DNA of 64,000 bases from Patescibacteria group bacterium (GCA_041665365.1 JBAYIY010000004.1:8610-72609), one strand, 5' to 3'; counted from the first letter of the stretch, positions 39,216 through 49,226 are shown. Program-made: numbers and translations. Notes: generated by a model from the letters alone, not told the origin.

Positions 39216-40394
39216 ATGCGTAAAGTCTTCACATCTGAGTCAGTCACCGAGGGTCATCCCGATAAAATGGCTGATCAAATTTCCGATGCGGTGCTCGATG
39301 CCATTTTAGCCCTTGATCCAAAGGGGCGAGTGGCTTGCGAAACTTATTTAACCAATGGTGTGTGTTTGGTGGGTGGAGAGGTAACTACCTCTGCCAAGAT
39401 TGATGTCCCAAACTTAGTGCGCGCCGTCATTAAAGATATTGGTTATGCCAAATCCGATTATGGGTTTCATTGGGAAACGTCTGGTTTGATGGTAACAATA
39501 AAAGAGCAATCGCCTGACATTGCCATGGGTGTGGATAGTATTAAAGACCAACAAGAAGATCTGGCTAATTTAGGGGCAGGTGACCAAGGCCTGATGTTTG
39601 GTTATGCCTGTAATGAAACGAAAGAATTAATGCCATTACCAATTGTTTTGGCGCATAAATTAGCCAAACGCTTAGCAGAAGTGCGCAAAAAAAATATTAT
39701 TAAAGGTTTGCGCCCAGATGGTAAAAGTCAGGTTACGGTAGAATATGACGAAAATGATCAACCGGTGCGGGTTCGGTCAGTGTTAATTTCAGCACAGCAT
39801 AATCCAGAATTATCGGTTAAAAAACTCAAGCCGCAGATTATTAAACAGGTAATCAAAGCAGTTATTCCAAAAAACTTGTTAGATAAAGATACGCTATATT
39901 ATGTTAATCCAACTGGTCGATTTGTGATTGGTGGGCCACAAGGCGATACTGGTTTAACCGGCCGCAAGATTATTGTGGATACCTATGGTGGTTATGCCCG
40001 CCATGGTGGCGGTGCTTTTTCTGGCAAAGATCCCAGTAAAGTTGATCGCACCGGCAGTTACGCCGCGCGCTGGATTGCAAAAAATATTGTGGCGGCTAAA
40101 TTAGCCTCACGCGCTGAAGTGCAAGTAGCCTATGCCATCGGTATGGCCGAACCGTTATCGGTGCGCGTTGATACGTTTGGTACCGGCGTAGTTGGAGACG
40201 ATATTCTAGCTGACGCTGTACAACAAGTGTTTGATTTACGTCCCGGCATGATTATTAAAGCACTAAATTTACGTCAGCCAATTTATAAACAAACCGCGGC
40301 CTATGGTCATTTTGGTCGAAACGATTTAAAACTACCTTGGGAACAAACCAATCGTATTATCCAACTTAAACAAGCCGTGAAGAAATTACAATAA
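39216..40394 (+). CDS. metK: S-adenosylmethionine synthetase
   Basis: [28 protein letters not shown]. Confidence 0.99.
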   Translation: MRKVFTSESVTEGHPDKMADQISDAVLDAILALDPKGRVACETYLTNGVCLVGGEVTTSAKIDVPNLVRAVIKDIGYAKSDYGFHWETSGLMVTIKEQSPDIAMGVDSIKDQQEDLANLGAGDQGLMFGYACNETKELMPLPIVLAHKLAKRLAEVRKKNIIKGLRPDGKSQVTVEYDENDQPVRVRSVLISAQHNPELSVKKLKPQIIKQVIKAVIPKNLLDKDTLYYVNPTGRFVIGGPQGDTGLTGRKIIVDTYGGYARHGGGAFSGKDPSKVDRTGSYAARWIAKNIVAAKLASRAEVQVAYAIGMAEPLSVRVDTFGTGVVGDDILADAVQQVFDLRPGMIIKALNLRQPIYKQTAAYGHFGRNDLKLPWEQTNRIIQLKQAVKKLQ

Positions 40395-41359
40395 TGTCGG
40401 TTATCGTGTCAGGCTCAATTGCGTTCGATCGCATCATGGATTTTCCTGGAAAATTTTCTGACCATATTCTGCCTAATAAAATTCATAATCTCAATGTCAG
40501 TTTTGGTCTAGATAAATTATCCATCGAGTTTGGTGGTACCGCCGGTAATATCGCTTATACACTATCATTATTTGGAGAAAAACCCAGTATTGTTGGTAGT
40601 GTCGGTCATGATTTTGCTCCCTACAAAAAGCATCTTATCAAACACCATATCAATCTTCGGGACATTCGTGTAATTCCAAAAGAAACCTGTGCCACCGCTC
40701 ACATTATTACCGACCAAGGTGATAATCAAATAGCTGGTTTTCATTTCGGTGCCATTAGTTATCCGGCCGTGTCAGCACAGATCGTAACAAAACAAACCAA
40801 ATTAGGTATTATAGCGGCTGGTAATCTTGCTGATATGATGAAACTATCCGAGCAATATCGCCATAATCATGTTCCGTTTATTGTCGATCCAGGACAACAA
40901 CTTACCTGGCTAACCGGAGCACAATTAACCTATTTATTAAATGGTGCTCACACCTTGGTGGTAAATGATTATGAACTGGCTGTGGTTCAAAAAAAATTAA
41001 TGTCTGTAGAGACACGCCATGGCGTGTCTCTACAGAATAAATCGTCTCTACAAAATTTGACCCAATTGGTTGTCACCAAAGGTGAAAAAGGCGCCGATTG
41101 GTTTGTGGGTGGAAAACGCTATGTTTTGCCGGTGGCTAAACCCACCCGGGTATTAGATCCAACCGGGGCAGGTGATGCCTACCGCAGTGGCATAATTCTT
41201 GGTATACTCCGCCAGTGGTCACCCGAGCAAGCTGGTCGTGTGGCCGCTTTATGTGCGACGTATGCCATCGAACAATACGGCACACAAAACCACACGTTTA
41301 CAAAAACACAATTTAAAAAACGCTATTATAAAAATTTTAAACATAATATAATTATTTAA
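40394..41359 (+). CDS. PfkB-family kinase, probable adenosine kinase; contains an in-frame REP palindrome
   Basis: GSIAFD, GGTAGNIAY, DPGQ, NDYE, DPTGAGDAYR; between metK and ahcY. Confidence 0.88.
   Translation: MSVIVSGSIAFDRIMDFPGKFSDHILPNKIHNLNVSFGLDKLSIEFGGTAGNIAYTLSLFGEKPSIVGSVGHDFAPYKKHLIKHHINLRDIRVIPKETCATAHIITDQGDNQIAGFHFGAISYPAVSAQIVTKQTKLGIIAAGNLADMMKLSEQYRHNHVPFIVDPGQQLTWLTGAQLTYLLNGAHTLVVNDYELAVVQKKLMSVETRHGVSLQNKSSLQNLTQLVVTKGEKGADWFVGGKRYVLPVAKPTRVLDPTGAGDAYRSGIILGILRQWSPEQAGRVAALCATYAIEQYGTQNHTFTKTQFKKRYYKNFKHNIII
41003..41036. repeat. REP-like palindrome, copy 3 (perfect 34 bp), inside the PfkB CDS
   Basis: tct-GTAGAGAC-ACGCCATGGCGT-GTCTCTAC-aga, translated SVETRHGVSLQ; partial echo CGTCTCTACA a few bases downstream. 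Confidence 0.9.
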
Positions 41360-41365
41360 TCGATA

Positions 41366-41396
41366 GGTAGAGACGTGCCGCCGGCACGTTTCTACC
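41366..41396. repeat. REP-like palindrome, copy 4
   Basis: GGTAGAGAC-GTGCCGCCGGCAC-GTTTCTACC. Confidence 0.85.
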
Positions 41397-41418
41397 GAGT
41401 GTATCAATTAACCATCAT

Positions 41419-42678
41419 ATGAAAAATTACGACGTCAAGGATCTCAAATTAGCCGATGGTGGTAAACAACGCATTGAATGGGCCGACCATGATATGCCCG
41501 TCTTACGCGCCATTCGTGACCGATTTTCTAAACAACAACCACTCAAAGGCATGACGATGTCGTGTTGTCTACACGTCACAGCCGAAACTGCGAATTTAAT
41601 GCGCACCCTGCAAGCCAGTGGCGCCGATGTGGTGCTCTGTGCTTCAAATCCTTTATCCACTCAAGATGATGTGGCAGCTGCGTTAGTGAAACACTACAAC
41701 ATTCCAGTGTTTGCTATTACTGGTGAAAATAACGCCTCATATTATAAGCACTTACAAGCAGCCGTCGCGCATAAACCCAATGTCACTATGGATGATGGCG
41801 CCGATTTAGTGAGTGCGATCCTAAAAGATCACCCTGAGTTGCATAATAAAATCGTCGCTTCCATGGAAGAAACCACCACTGGTGTTATTCGCTTACGCGC
41901 CATGGAAAAAGATGGTGTCTTGAAATTTCCTGTTGTGGCCGTAAATGATGCCGCCTGCAAACATTTTTTTGATAATAGATATGGTACTGGTCAATCAACC
42001 ATTGATGGTATCGTGCGTGCCACCGATGTGTTGTTAGCCGGTTCAACTTTTGTGGTAGCCGGTTATGGCTGGTGTGGCCGCGGTTTAGCCGATCGTGCCC
42101 GTGGTATGGGAGCTAACGTGATTGTGACAGAAGTGGATCCAATTAAAGCGTTAGAAGCGGTGATGGATGGTTTCCGCGTCATGCCGATGTTAGAAGCTGT
42201 GAAACAAGCCGATATTATTTGTACCGTGACTGGTAATATTAATGTATTAGACACTAAACATTTTCAAGCCATGAAGGATGGTGTGTTAGTAGCCAATTCA
42301 GGGCACTTCAATGTTGAGATCAATCTTGATAATCTAAAAAAACTTAGTAAATCGGTAGAACGGGTGCGTGAGTTTGTAGAAGCCTACACTTTAAAAACCG
42401 GTAAAATTGTTCATGTGCTGGGTGAAGGCCGCTTAGTAAATTTGGCCGCCGCCGAAGGTCATCCCGCTTCTGTGATGGATATGAGTTTTGCCGTGCAAGC
42501 TCTCACTACCGAATGGGCGATTAAGAATCATAAAACCCTCACGGCTCAAGTCTATAACGTACCGGAACAAATCGATGATAGTGTCTCCCGCTTAAAACTT
42601 AAAACCATGGGCGTTAAATTAGAACAACTTACTCCAGAACAAAAAAAGTATCTGTCTTCCTGGGAAATGGGGACATAG
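41419..42678 (+). CDS. ahcY: Adenosylhomocysteinase
   Basis: [53 protein letters not shown]. Confidence 0.98.
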   Translation: MKNYDVKDLKLADGGKQRIEWADHDMPVLRAIRDRFSKQQPLKGMTMSCCLHVTAETANLMRTLQASGADVVLCASNPLSTQDDVAAALVKHYNIPVFAITGENNASYYKHLQAAVAHKPNVTMDDGADLVSAILKDHPELHNKIVASMEETTTGVIRLRAMEKDGVLKFPVVAVNDAACKHFFDNRYGTGQSTIDGIVRATDVLLAGSTFVVAGYGWCGRGLADRARGMGANVIVTEVDPIKALEAVMDGFRVMPMLEAVKQADIICTVTGNINVLDTKHFQAMKDGVLVANSGHFNVEINLDNLKKLSKSVERVREFVEAYTLKTGKIVHVLGEGRLVNLAAAEGHPASVMDMSFAVQALTTEWAIKNHKTLTAQVYNVPEQIDDSVSRLKLKTMGVKLEQLTPEQKKYLSSWEMGT

Positions 42679-42800
42679 GGTGAGGAAGTGACATGCATAA
42701 TCACCTTATTTCATAAGGGTATTATAGTCATACTTGCAAATTGCTCTTTCATGAGCAATTTGTTTGAAGGTAGTCATAGTCTGTCCGAATCGTTCGCCTC

Positions 42801-42835
42801 TTGACATCAATTTCATGTACTAGTACACTAGGACA
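42801..42835 (+). promoter_or_regulatory. Promoter overlapped by a trp-operator-like palindrome (TrpR autoregulation)
   Basis: TTGACA-17 bp-TACACT; TGTACTAGTACACTAGGACA (42816-42835) resembles GTACTAGTTAACTAGTAC. Confidence 0.75.
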
Positions 42836-42838
42836 GAT

Positions 42839-43093
42839 ATGAACGATACGCAGCGGTACAAGAAAAATTTAATTCACTTTCTCACCAAGATTGATCGGCC
42901 TGAATTTATGGCCGCCGTGCTTAATGATCTGTTGACTCCTGGTGAGTTAGCCGAAATTGCTAAACGCTTAGAAATTATTACATTATTAAAACGCGGCGTC
43001 AGTCAACGAGCCATCAGCCAACAACTGGGTGTTGGTATTGCCACCGTCACGCGCGGTGCACGTCTTTTGGCCACATCAAAACACTGGCAGTGA
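42839..43093 (+). CDS. trpR: Trp repressor family protein
   Basis: DLLTPGE...RLEI..LL..GVSQRAISQQLGVGIATVTRG. Confidence 0.88.
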   Translation: MNDTQRYKKNLIHFLTKIDRPEFMAAVLNDLLTPGELAEIAKRLEIITLLKRGVSQRAISQQLGVGIATVTRGARLLATSKHWQ

Positions 43094-43121
43094 TTTGTTT
43101 GTTGGCCAGAGGGAGACACAC

Positions 43122-43295
43122 ATGTCACATGTGCATCAATTCATCCTCGTCGTCGATCAGAACACCTCCACCGCTGTTATGCGTTGTGATGACTGTGGTG
43201 AGGAACGTCCGGTTGATGTCGTGGTGCCGGAGGAGACTGATTCTCAGGAAACTGATAGCGCTGAAGATGATGATTTCGGTGTGCTCTGCTGGTAG
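43122..43295 (+). CDS. 57-aa acidic microprotein with HxH...CxxC putative zinc site
   Basis: GAGGGAG RBS, MSHVHQF...RCDDCGEE...VLCW; followed by a strong hairpin. Confidence 0.6.
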   Translation: MSHVHQFILVVDQNTSTAVMRCDDCGEERPVDVVVPEETDSQETDSAEDDDFGVLCW

Positions 43296-43313
43296 TGGCT
43301 CCTTCATTCAAGT

Positions 43314-43346
43314 CCTGGAGTAGGTGATGCATTCATCTACTCCAGG
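43314..43346 (+). terminator. Hairpin closing the trpR-microprotein unit
   Basis: CCTGGAGTAGGTGA-TGCAT-TCATCTACTCCAGG; no U-tract. Confidence 0.5.
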
Positions 43347-43403
43347 CACTATACCCCTCTGATAATAATTGACTAAATCAAAAAAAACTGATATTTTTTC
43401 ATT

Positions 43404-43568
43404 ATGAATGTACAGCTAAACGATCCAACTTTTGATGAATTGTGCGAAAAAATTGCTCAGGGCAAAGCCACACCTAGTGACATGGAAGCGGCGTTTAAAT
43501 CTTTGAATAGTGACATTGATGCCTTTTCAGCAGATGTCCAAGATCAGCTTTATAAGAATAAAAAATGA
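43404..43568 (+). CDS. 54-aa helical microprotein (below the ORF-track cutoff)
   Basis: MNVQLNDPTFDELCEKIAQGK...LYKNKK; ATGA overlap with the next gene; TTGACT box upstream. Confidence 0.6.
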   Translation: MNVQLNDPTFDELCEKIAQGKATPSDMEAAFKSLNSDIDAFSADVQDQLYKNKK

Positions 43569-44830
43569 GCCACGAAAAAACTCGTCCACCGTTACCACGA
43601 CGAAGTGAGCCAAGGCAAGATACACCAAGGACAGGTGAGGCTACACCTGAAACGTTGCGGGCTTATCTTGATCATCTGGCTGAATCCAGCCGCCGTTTTG
43701 ACAGTGCTTTGACGCATTATCACACTTTATTGCAAGAACAAGATCAAGCCGAAGGAAATTTAATAACGCTGGAGCAACAATATCAAAATGAACAACGATT
43801 TGCGTTACTTAAAGCTAAGGCAACAAAGCTAGCCTGGGCGACAATACGTTATGTCACCTCTAGTACCATTGTAGGAGCAGGCAGTGGTGCAGCAGCCCAT
43901 ATGTTAAGTGGCGATCCGTCTTTCACTATTTTAGCTAGTGCTGGTGGAGCCATGGTTGGATCAGCGCTAGAGTTTGGTTTATCACATCTGGAAGAAACTA
44001 ATGATTACTCAGATAAATTTTTTGAGTTATATGAGCCGACGCAAGCATATATGCAAGATAAAAAACGGCGTGAACAAAATAAAGACGATAACCCTACCAA
44101 CCGTGAGGCCGAAATTAAATTGTTAGTAGAACAACTATCTGCTTTACAAACAGACATCGCTAACCTTGAAAAAGAAATTGATGATATCGGCAGTAGCGGC
44201 CAGGCCTTATTCAAAGACCCACGAGCACCGCTTCCCACTGCAGATCCAGCACGGTCAGAAGCTGAGGCGGCGGTGCGAGCTTTGGCGGAACATTTACGCA
44301 CAGCTGGCCAACGTTTAAATGAACTCTTAGCACAGTATTTTGAAATGACCGTGGTGGCCGAGAGTGCTGAACATTATTTGGCGGCACGTCAACAAATTTA
44401 TGATCGTAGTAAGGCAGCCGTGCAAATACGAGTGACTGCGCGCCAAGCTTGGGAGATGTTGAAAACAGCTCATATGACTCTCAGTGCAGCTGGTATTTTA
44501 GGGATGGCTGGCTATATCTATAATGCAGGTCAACCAGGTTCTAATGTACCTATGGCGGTATTAGGTGGAGCGGTCGGATCAGCCATAGGTTGGTTTCAAA
44601 TTTCTCGTTTGGAGAAAAAAGTTTGGCATAAAAATATACCCCATGGTCAATACGAGATTAGTGATCAATTAGCGGTGCGAGAAGATTATCAGTTGGCCAC
44701 TGATCCAGCCTTACAAGAGGCCGAAGCACTGTTAACTGAGGCACAATTACACCGGCAGCAAATGCAAGCTGAACAAGCTAAATTATCTGCCGAGCTTGAG
44801 GCCTTCATGGCTAAGTATCCAATGAAGTGA
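43565..44830 (+). CDS. Hypothetical coiled-coil protein with two internal repeats, each containing a Gly-zipper hydrophobic hairpin
   Basis: LRAYLDHL...AW...GGAMVGSA...LSHLEE aligns with VRALAEHL...AW...GGAVGSA...ISRLEK. Confidence 0.75.
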   Translation: MSHEKTRPPLPRRSEPRQDTPRTGEATPETLRAYLDHLAESSRRFDSALTHYHTLLQEQDQAEGNLITLEQQYQNEQRFALLKAKATKLAWATIRYVTSSTIVGAGSGAAAHMLSGDPSFTILASAGGAMVGSALEFGLSHLEETNDYSDKFFELYEPTQAYMQDKKRREQNKDDNPTNREAEIKLLVEQLSALQTDIANLEKEIDDIGSSGQALFKDPRAPLPTADPARSEAEAAVRALAEHLRTAGQRLNELLAQYFEMTVVAESAEHYLAARQQIYDRSKAAVQIRVTARQAWEMLKTAHMTLSAAGILGMAGYIYNAGQPGSNVPMAVLGGAVGSAIGWFQISRLEKKVWHKNIPHGQYEISDQLAVREDYQLATDPALQEAEALLTEAQLHRQQMQAEQAKLSAELEAFMAKYPMK

Positions 44831-44923
44831 CATATTTAAATTTCATTTGACAGCACTAATTTTTTGTAGTATCATCATCAATGATAGCGCCAACCAGAGC
44901 GCTTTTTATTTATAAACAATCCT

Positions 44924-45736
44924 ATGTCACCATCTAAAATTGCCTTATTTAAAGGTAAACAAATCAGAAAAACGTTCTATCACAAGGAATGGTGGTTTGT
45001 TATTAATGATGTAATCGAGTCTCTGACAGACTCCAGTGATCCGGCTCAGTACTTTAAACGTTTAAAATCTAGAGATGAGGAGCTAGCGGATCTGATCAAC
45101 AAAGGAGGGGTACAATTTGTACCACCCCTTATGCTGGCCATAGATACTACAGGAGGTAAACAAAAAATGTATTGTTGGCATACAGAAGGCCTCTTTCGTC
45201 TGGTTCAATCTATATCGTCACCAAAAGCTGAACCCTTTAAACGATGGTTAGCTAGAGTAGGTTATGAGCGCATTCAAGAAGTAGAAAATCCAGAATTGGC
45301 GACTAAACGAACTCGGATGTTGTACAAACTTAAGGGCTATAGTTCAGCCTGGATCGAAAAACGCCTTCGTGGTATGGCCATCCGTGAAGAATTAACCGAT
45401 GAATGGAAAAATCGCGGTGCTTCCGAGCAGCAAGATTATGAAATCTTAACAGCAGAAATTTCTAAGTCTACCTTTGGAGTAACACCACATGAGTACAAAA
45501 AACTCAAAGGTTTGAAACGTCAAAATCTACGTGATCATATGAATGACTTTGAACTGATTTTTAATATGCTTGGTGAACGCACAACCACAGAAATTCATCG
45601 TCTAGAAAATTCACAAGGTGTTCCAAAACTACGTAAAGACGCGAGAGCTGGTGGAGACGTTGCTGGTAATGCTCGACAACACTTAGAAAAACGCTTGGGT
45701 CGATCGATTGTGTCAAAAAATAACTTTTTAAAATAA
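44924..45736 (+). CDS. Bro-N domain DNA-binding protein (phage antirepressor/DNA-damage-inducible type)
   Basis: IRK...EWWFVINDVI..LTDS, RLVQSISSPKAEPFKRWLA, NLRDHM. Confidence 0.85.
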   Translation: MSPSKIALFKGKQIRKTFYHKEWWFVINDVIESLTDSSDPAQYFKRLKSRDEELADLINKGGVQFVPPLMLAIDTTGGKQKMYCWHTEGLFRLVQSISSPKAEPFKRWLARVGYERIQEVENPELATKRTRMLYKLKGYSSAWIEKRLRGMAIREELTDEWKNRGASEQQDYEILTAEISKSTFGVTPHEYKKLKGLKRQNLRDHMNDFELIFNMLGERTTTEIHRLENSQGVPKLRKDARAGGDVAGNARQHLEKRLGRSIVSKNNFLK

Positions 45737-45760
45737 TGTGATTCGTGATACATTCCTTCT

Positions 45761-45922
45761 ATGAATACTCTTACAACAACAAAAATTTGTCTGGCCTGTC
45801 GGCATGTATCCACCAATACTACCGACACCGCCTGCATGCAATGTGGTATGATGCTGGAAGAACAGTGTCCAAATTGTAAATTACCTAAATCGGAATGTGT
45901 ATGCCCAGAGAACCAGAACTAA
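45761..45922 (+). CDS. 53-aa double zinc-ribbon microprotein (below the ORF-track cutoff)
   Basis: MNTLTTTKICLACRH...ACMQCG...QCPNCK...ECVCPENQN: 8 Cys in CxxC/CxxC/CxxC/CxC; TGATACATT 6 nt before ATG. Confidence 0.7.
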   Translation: MNTLTTTKICLACRHVSTNTTDTACMQCGMMLEEQCPNCKLPKSECVCPENQN

Positions 45923-47013
45923 AACGGTTGCCACCTACTCATACTGAAAGAACTCCCCGTGAAGAATCAGGACAAATACAACCACGTGAGGTTGAAGCGC
46001 GGTCTTGGTGGAAAAAATTAATTGAACGTCATGTTAGCGAAGCATCAATTCCGGGTGTGGCCAATGGTATTGAACGTAGTACTTATGTGGCACCTAATAA
46101 ACCGGAAGATGAAGCTGTAATTATTCGTGAACGCATACTGTCAGGTAAATTAGTCGGTGTCACTCAAGTTCAGTTTAATCCAAAATCTGGTAGCGTTAGT
46201 GAGTATCGTCGCGAAACACCACAGGGGCAACCTTTGCGTGTGGTAGAAACCAATGACGCTGGTTGGTTGGATCAAGTCTATTCATATCAGGCACCCGGCA
46301 GAATTGCTCTGCAACAATATGATCATGAGCATAATGTGGTCTGGGATGGCACAATTACTCAAAGAGATGGGAGAGAAGTTGAAACCAGGCAAGCTACAGC
46401 CAACACTTTTGGTCAGATAGCAAGTGGTGTATTAGCAGATTGTAAAAGTATGGTGATTCAACGTGTGGGCACACGAGTTGATGGTGAAATCATAGAAGAT
46501 ATTATGGGTTTTAAACCGAACCAAGTTAAATTTACTGATGCCAGTAAGGGGCATGTCAATGTACACCGTGAAACTGTTATTATAGGAGGCAAACTTAGAA
46601 AAGAAAAAGTCACTGAATCAGTTGGTTCGGAAAGAAAAAGATATGTTACTTATACGAAACGACATGAGAGTGAATTAGATAGGCAAGTTGATGAAACCAG
46701 TGGTAATGTTATGAGATCTTATGAAATTAAAAAGCGCTACGATGATAGAGGCTCCATGGTCGAAACCAGAGAAACTACTGAGACGTTTACCGCCTCTGGT
46801 AAATTAGATCATAAAGAACTAAAGTTTAGTATAGGCGGCCGTGACTCTGTAGCACAGACCAACTATCAATATGACCAAAACTATCAATTGGTACTCATTG
46901 AAGAAATCGGTTTTGATGGTGTCACTAAACGCTATCATCGTGCCCCAAGAGGTACAAAAATACCAGAAGAAAAAGAACATTCTAGTGAATCTGGTTTTAT
47001 ATTGGTTGAATAA
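45901..47013 (+). CDS. Hypothetical beta-rich protein with YD/RHS-like repeats
   Basis: Motifs QYDHEHN, RYDDRGS, YQYDQNYQL; charged; no signal peptide. Confidence 0.65.
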   Translation: MPREPELKRLPPTHTERTPREESGQIQPREVEARSWWKKLIERHVSEASIPGVANGIERSTYVAPNKPEDEAVIIRERILSGKLVGVTQVQFNPKSGSVSEYRRETPQGQPLRVVETNDAGWLDQVYSYQAPGRIALQQYDHEHNVVWDGTITQRDGREVETRQATANTFGQIASGVLADCKSMVIQRVGTRVDGEIIEDIMGFKPNQVKFTDASKGHVNVHRETVIIGGKLRKEKVTESVGSERKRYVTYTKRHESELDRQVDETSGNVMRSYEIKKRYDDRGSMVETRETTETFTASGKLDHKELKFSIGGRDSVAQTNYQYDQNYQLVLIEEIGFDGVTKRYHRAPRGTKIPEEKEHSSESGFILVE

Positions 47014-47040
47014 TAATCAATCTGTGTTATACTGTTTTTC

Positions 47041-48033
47041 ATGTTAACACCAGGTAAAATCATTTTAGATCACGCTTTGCAAAACCATTATGCGGTTGGC
47101 GCGTTTAACGCCAATAATATGGAGCAAGTGCAAGCCATTATCGATGCGGCAGCGGAAACGCAATCGCCCGTGTTTATTCAAGTGTCGCGCGGGGCATTAA
47201 AATATTCCCGCTTAACTTATTTACGCAATATCATTTTAGCCGCCGCCGAAGAACATCCGGAAATACCTTTGGCTATGCACTTAGATCATGGCAACGGTTT
47301 GGAAGTAGTTAAAACCGCTATTGGTTTGGGTTTTACCTCTGTGATGATCGATGGTTCTTTAGATGAATCCGGGAAAAAGGCCTTGAGTTTTGAAGAAAAT
47401 TTAGCAGTCACTAAAGCGGTGGTTGAATATGCTCATCCGTTTGGGGTGAGTGTAGAAGCAGAATTAGGTACAATTGGTGGAGTCGAAGATGGCGCTGGTG
47501 TGAAAAGAATTTTAGTAACCGATCCAGCTCAAGCGGAAGATTTTGTCAAACAAACCTCGGTTGATTCTCTAGCCATCGCCATTGGTACTTCGCACGGGGC
47601 TTACAAATTTAAAGAGGCTTGTGTGTTGCAACATGAAGTAGTGGAAGAAATTCATCGACGCTTACCAAACTTACCTTTAGTGATGCACGGGTCATCGAGT
47701 GTGCCAGCAGAATTAGTGGCGATTGTGAATAAATACGGTGGCAATATGCCTAATAGTAAAGGTGTGGATATACCGCAGCTACAACAAACTATTAAGTTTG
47801 GTGTGAGTAAAGTAAATGTTGATACCGATGGTCGCATCGTGGTAACTGGCGCCATTCGTAAACAGTTCGCTGAACATCCCGAACAGTTTGACCCACGGGA
47901 ATATTTAGCTCCAGCGCGTGATGCCTTGCGGGACATGGTCAAAGGGCGCATGATCGCTTTTGGTTGTGCTAATCAAGCTCCAAAAATTAACCAAATTACT
48001 TTAGAACAAGCTAAACAATTTTATGCGCGTTAA
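47041..48033 (+). CDS. fba: Class II fructose-bisphosphate aldolase
   Basis: YAVGAFN, HLDHG, SVMIDGS, VEAELG, GTSHGAYKF, LVMHGSS, KVNVDTD. Confidence 0.97.
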   Translation: MLTPGKIILDHALQNHYAVGAFNANNMEQVQAIIDAAAETQSPVFIQVSRGALKYSRLTYLRNIILAAAEEHPEIPLAMHLDHGNGLEVVKTAIGLGFTSVMIDGSLDESGKKALSFEENLAVTKAVVEYAHPFGVSVEAELGTIGGVEDGAGVKRILVTDPAQAEDFVKQTSVDSLAIAIGTSHGAYKFKEACVLQHEVVEEIHRRLPNLPLVMHGSSSVPAELVAIVNKYGGNMPNSKGVDIPQLQQTIKFGVSKVNVDTDGRIVVTGAIRKQFAEHPEQFDPREYLAPARDALRDMVKGRMIAFGCANQAPKINQITLEQAKQFYAR

Positions 48034-48640
48034 AATTATTACCGTTATTTGTGTGCTGGCCATCATGGTTGGGTTAATTGCTTTAATTCAATGGAAAGCG
48101 TCAACTTCATCACCGGTACAAGGATCAACCGCTGATCCGGTGCGCGGCGACGACACCGCTAAAGTTTCCATTCAGGAATACAGTGATTTTCAATGCCCGG
48201 CGTGTAAGGCCTTAGAGCCAAACTTAAAAAAAGTCTTACAGGAATATCCCGGTCAGGTAAAGTTATCTTATAATGATTTTCCGTTACGTCAGGTACACCC
48301 GTCTGGTGCTTTAGCCGCCGAAGCTGGCCAATGTGCATATGCGCAAAATCGATTCTGGGATTACCATGATTTATTATTCCAACGCCAAAGTGAGTGGCCG
48401 ATAGCGGATAATGTTGAAACCACTTTAGCTGATTATGCGGCTGAGTTGGGGCTTGATCGAGATAAATTTCAACAGTGTTTAAATGACGATTCGACTCTGG
48501 CTAGTATTTCTGAAGATGAAACTGAAGGTAATAATGCCAAAATTACTTCCACACCAACCGTCTTTGTAAACGGAACTCGTTTAGTTGGACCAACCTATGA
48601 TCAACTCCATGCGGAAGTGGCAAAACAACTCGGTCAATAA
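48023..48640 (+). CDS. Membrane-anchored DsbA-family thioredoxin
   Basis: TM anchor, YSDFQCPAC, DFPL, STPT. Confidence 0.92.
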   Translation: MRVKIITVICVLAIMVGLIALIQWKASTSSPVQGSTADPVRGDDTAKVSIQEYSDFQCPACKALEPNLKKVLQEYPGQVKLSYNDFPLRQVHPSGALAAEAGQCAYAQNRFWDYHDLLFQRQSEWPIADNVETTLADYAAELGLDRDKFQQCLNDDSTLASISEDETEGNNAKITSTPTVFVNGTRLVGPTYDQLHAEVAKQLGQ

Positions 48641-49082
48641 GTATCTAGTATTTGGCCTACGGGTTGTCATTGGTTTGATTTTTGTGATCGCCGGTTTAAG
48701 TAAAACAACCGCGCCAATTGCAGAGTTTATTGGTTTAGCCAGACAGTGGAATATTTTACCAGAACCGTATGTCACCATTTACGCATTTTTATTGCCCTGG
48801 GTAGAACTAGTGTTTGGTTTAACTTTATTATTCGGTGCTTGGTCTCGATTAAGTGCCTTTATTGTGTTGTTAATGTTGCTGTCTTTTTTAATCGCTATTG
48901 GCATCAACATTTCTCGAGGAACGTTATTGCAAGACTGTGGTTGTTTTGGCGGTTGGTTTGAATTAGGTGCAACCTTCCAAGAATTATTCTGGCGAGATGC
49001 AGCTATGTTTGTTGGTACCCTATGGATAATGTTTATGCCAAAGCCATTGTGGTTATCGGTGGATCAATGGTTGACATCATAA
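48609..49082 (+). CDS. MauE/DoxX-family redox membrane protein
   Basis: R...G..F..AG..K, LPWVEL..G, DCGCFG; exact start uncertain. Confidence 0.88.
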   Translation: MRKWQNNSVNKYLVFGLRVVIGLIFVIAGLSKTTAPIAEFIGLARQWNILPEPYVTIYAFLLPWVELVFGLTLLFGAWSRLSAFIVLLMLLSFLIAIGINISRGTLLQDCGCFGGWFELGATFQELFWRDAAMFVGTLWIMFMPKPLWLSVDQWLTS

Positions 49083-49111
49083 AATAATCATTTATACTAC
49101 ATACAGTAGTA
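49071..49111 (+). promoter_or_regulatory. Promoter overlapped by a BlaI-type operator
   Basis: TTGACA (49071-49076)-16 bp-TATACT (49093-49098); perfect TACTAC-N5-GTAGTA (49095-49111). Confidence 0.8.
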
Positions 49112-49132
49112 ATTAACTAACGCACGCGTTTT

Positions 49133-49192
49133 ATGAAAAAAATTATGGTCGGTGAAGGCTGTGACTGCGGCGGAAAATGCGGTTCTTGCTAA
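49133..49192 (+). CDS. 19-aa Cys-rich micropeptide MKKIMVGEGCDCGGKCGSC
   Basis: First ORF after the BlaI-operator promoter; 4 Cys in the last 10 residues. Confidence 0.6.
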   Translation: MKKIMVGEGCDCGGKCGSC

Positions 49193-49200
49193 AAGCCTAT

Positions 49201-49226
49201 AACAGGGGTGATTAATCACCCCTGTT
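49201..49226. promoter_or_regulatory. Perfect 26-bp palindrome between the micropeptide and blaI
   Basis: AACAGGGGTGATT|AATCACCCCTGTT. Confidence 0.65.

Noticed and set aside
44924-45736. Prophage suggested by the Bro-N gene
   Set aside because: No integrase, terminase or structural phage genes nearby.
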